Shown: positions 18,028 to 19,813 of the stretch, one piece after another
How the letters are laid out: each line of letters opens with the position of its first letter
How positions within the stretch are numbered: position 1 is the stretch's first letter
Source: Clostridia bacterium
GTDB lineage: Bacteria; Bacillota; Clostridia; CAKSNL01; HGM11501
Direction: 5' to 3'
Assembly: GCA_045545475.1 (NCBI GenBank)
Contig: JAZQAZ010000043.1
Location: forward strand, 1-19,813
Length of the DNA: 19,813 bases
The notes under the pieces: model-generated
Databases searched by the model: none
Seen by the model: the letters and a program-made list of their open reading frames with translations, nothing else
What the model was told of the DNA's origin: nothing
Position numbers and translations under genes: made by a program

Positions 18028-18154
18028 TTAAGTCAAGTACAAGACAGAAAAAGCCTTCGCTATGCTCAGGAAAAACTACGTTTTTGCCCGCAAGCTATGT
18101 GGCGCAAGAGAAACTTGCTTTTCAAAATGCGAAATTTTGCTGTTCTTGACATAA
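18028..18154. repeat. 127-bp inverted-repeat-bounded multi-hairpin element (MITE/REP-like or structured RNA)
   Basis: Terminal IR TTAAGTCAAGTACA / TGTTCTTGACATAA (12 of 14 complementary) encloses five short hairpins, four of them abutting. Confidence 0.5.
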
Positions 18155-18174
18155 AAATGCAATTGTGGTAAAAC
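18146..18174 (+). promoter_or_regulatory. Possible internal promoter formed at the right end of the element
   Basis: TTGACA-17 nt-TAAAAC with TG extension; the -10 lacks the conserved final T. Confidence 0.4.
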
Positions 18175-18209
18175 CTTAAAAAGTATTAGCTTAAGAAGAA
18201 GGTGAAGCT

Positions 18210-18323
18210 GTGAAAGCGGAAAGAAATAAGACCATAGAGCTTGATGCTCTTATGGAATATTCACCACTTGTACGCAACAGATTAACACTTATGCGACTTA
18301 AAAGAGCCATAAAAAATATATAA
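18210..18323 (+). pseudogene. 37-codon ORF containing the C-terminus of a second G1P-dehydrogenase paralogue (gene remnant)
   Basis: MKAERNKTIELDALMEYSPLVRNRLTLMRLKRAIKNI. Its SPLVRNRLTLMRL matches SPFVRNRLTFMRL at the end of 15307..16560 (11 of 13 aa). AAGGTG precedes the GTG start. Confidence 0.7.
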
Positions 18324-18339
18324 TCAACCGGAGGCAAAA

Positions 18340-19347
18340 ATGAAAAAGTATTTATTACCAAATGAAGGAAATTTCTACAAGGCAAATTTACACTGTCATT
18401 CCAATTTAAGTGACGGAGTTCTCAGCCCAAAGGAACTGAAGGAACTATACAAAGCACATGGTTACTCTGTTCTGGCATATACCGATCACGATATATTTAT
18501 TCCACATCATGAGCTCACCGATGACAGTTTTGTTGCTTTATCAGGCTTTGAAGCTCAATTTAACGGAAACAACAAATATCCCGGTGTGCCAAATGAGAAA
18601 AAATGCCATATATGTATTATAGCCGGCACGCCGGATATAGTTAAACAGCCGTGTTGGAACGAAGAATATGCATACATAGGAAATGCTGCCAAAAACAAGG
18701 ACAAAATTAAAATTGATGAAAAAACAAGTGATTTTGTACGGGAATATTCTCCCGATGGCATAAGTAAAATGATAAAAATCTGTCGGGATAATGGATTTTT
18801 TATAACGTATAACCACCCTTCCTGGTCTTTGGAAAACTATGAGCAATACATAAATTATGACGGTATGCACGCTTTGGAAATATTCAATTACAGTTGTGAG
18901 CTTTTAGGATATCAGTCATATGCTCCGGGTATATATGACGATATTTTAAAATCCGGAAAGAAAATTTTTGCAGTAGCGGCAGACGATAACCATAACAAAA
19001 GTCGCCCCGATTCTTGCGGTGGCTTTGTTATGATAAAGGCGAAAAAACTTAAATATGAAGCTATAACAGAGGCTCTTTTCAACGGAGATTTTTATTCATC
19101 TACCGGACCGGAAATTTATGAATTATATGTAGAAGATAACAAAGTTCACATAAAATGTTCGGATGCAGTTATGATTAGTTTGACTACCGACCGCAGATTT
19201 TCAAAATGTATATGGCAAGAGGATGGCAAATTCATTACTGAAACCGTTTTTGACTTAAATTGTGAGTGTGAATATTTCAGAATTACAGTTAAAGATATTA
19301 ACGGAAACCACGCAAATACAAATGCGTATTTTACGGAGGCTATTTAA
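18340..19347 (+). CDS. PHP-domain metallohydrolase/phosphoesterase (CehA/McbA-like)
   Basis: KANLHCHS..SDG, Y..LAYTDHD, SGFE, NHP.WS, EIFN, ADDNH, G.FYSSTGP; GGAGG RBS. Confidence 0.88.
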   Translation: MKKYLLPNEGNFYKANLHCHSNLSDGVLSPKELKELYKAHGYSVLAYTDHDIFIPHHELTDDSFVALSGFEAQFNGNNKYPGVPNEKKCHICIIAGTPDIVKQPCWNEEYAYIGNAAKNKDKIKIDEKTSDFVREYSPDGISKMIKICRDNGFFITYNHPSWSLENYEQYINYDGMHALEIFNYSCELLGYQSYAPGIYDDILKSGKKIFAVAADDNHNKSRPDSCGGFVMIKAKKLKYEAITEALFNGDFYSSTGPEIYELYVEDNKVHIKCSDAVMISLTTDRRFSKCIWQEDGKFITETVFDLNCECEYFRITVKDINGNHANTNAYFTEAI

Positions 19348-19348
19348 T

Positions 19349-19813
19349 ATGAATGGTTCAAGAATTATTTTGGCAGCACACAGGGGAGATAAATTCAATT
19401 TTCCTGAAAATACTATGCCGGCATTTGAATCGGCAGTAAATATTGGTGTTGATATGATTGAAACCGATATTCGGATGAGCAAAGACGGCGAGCTTGTGTT
19501 AATACACGACAGAAGTGCACTTCGTACAACCGGAATAGACAAAAACATTGATGAAATGACTCTTTCGGAAATTAAAAAACTTGATGCAGGATGTACCGTT
19601 ACTAAGCCTGTAAAGTGTGAAATACCAACGGTAAGAGAGTTTTTGGAACTTATTAAAGATACGAATGTACTTGTAAACTGGGAATTTAAGGTTTATCCCT
19701 TTGATTTTGATGAGAATACTGCATTTAAGGTAGTGGATAAGCTGATTGATTTGATTGATGAATATGATATGACCGAAAAGTCAATGATGAATTCATTCAG
19801 TGCAAAAGTTCTG
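19349..19813 (+). CDS. Glycerophosphodiester phosphodiesterase (GDPD, GlpQ/UgpQ family), truncated by the window end
   Basis: Not in the ORF track. Manual translation gives MNGSRIILAAHRGDKFNFPENTMPAFESAVNIGVDMIETDIRMSKDGELVLIHD...IPTVREFL...NWEFK, with the AHRG, PENT, E.D, HD and N.E.K motifs. GGAGG RBS lies inside the PHP gene end. Confidence 0.93.
   Translation, partial: MNGSRIILAAHRGDKFNFPENTMPAFESAVNIGVDMIETDIRMSKDGELVLIHDRSALRTTGIDKNIDEMTLSEIKKLDAGCTVTKPVKCEIPTVREFLELIKDTNVLVNWEFKVYPFDFDENTAFKVVDKLIDLIDEYDMTEKSMMNSFSAKVL

Noticed and set aside
421-19548. The many short antisense or alternate-frame ORFs in the track (e.g. 421..705, 5438..5890, 8798..9220, 16245..16721, 18191..18385, 19255..19548)
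   Set aside because: They overlap well-supported genes and have no recognisable motifs; treated as shadow ORFs.
1-19813. CRISPR array, tRNA/rRNA, integrase, transposase or prophage genes
   Set aside because: No regularly spaced direct repeats, RNA-gene signatures or mobile-element proteins were seen. Apart from 17938-18339, the intergenic gaps are short.

Overview
Firmicutes (Clostridia-like) chromosomal window with three parts. (1) A leftward block: mgtE, a DUF378 gene and a membrane protein with RCK/TrkA-N-like and RyR domains. (2) A rightward housekeeping run: obgE, yhbY, a nadD-yqeK fusion, rsfS, leuS, an orphan, a dCMP deaminase, holB and yaaT/ricT. (3) After a bidirectional terminator, an accessory-looking catabolic locus: a divergent DeoR regulator, AraD-type epimerase, sn-glycerol-1-phosphate dehydrogenase, FAD oxidoreductase, PHP hydrolase and a truncated glycerophosphodiester phosphodiesterase. 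The strongest signal missing from the ORF track is the mgtE leader. It has no recognisable M-box riboswitch. Instead it has a near-consensus sigma-A promoter, a strong RBS and a 26-codon uORF (MDADSSR...), alternative hairpins, and a hairpin plus U7 that buries the mgtE RBS. This fits a candidate MgtL-like translation-coupled Mg2+ attenuator. Other points of interest: a probable dead HEPN/DUF4145-pseudokinase inside the housekeeping operon, a 37-codon remnant of a second G1P dehydrogenase, and two highly structured intergenic elements sharing CAAAAT-N5-ATTTTG. All family calls come from motif recognition by eye; no database search was run.
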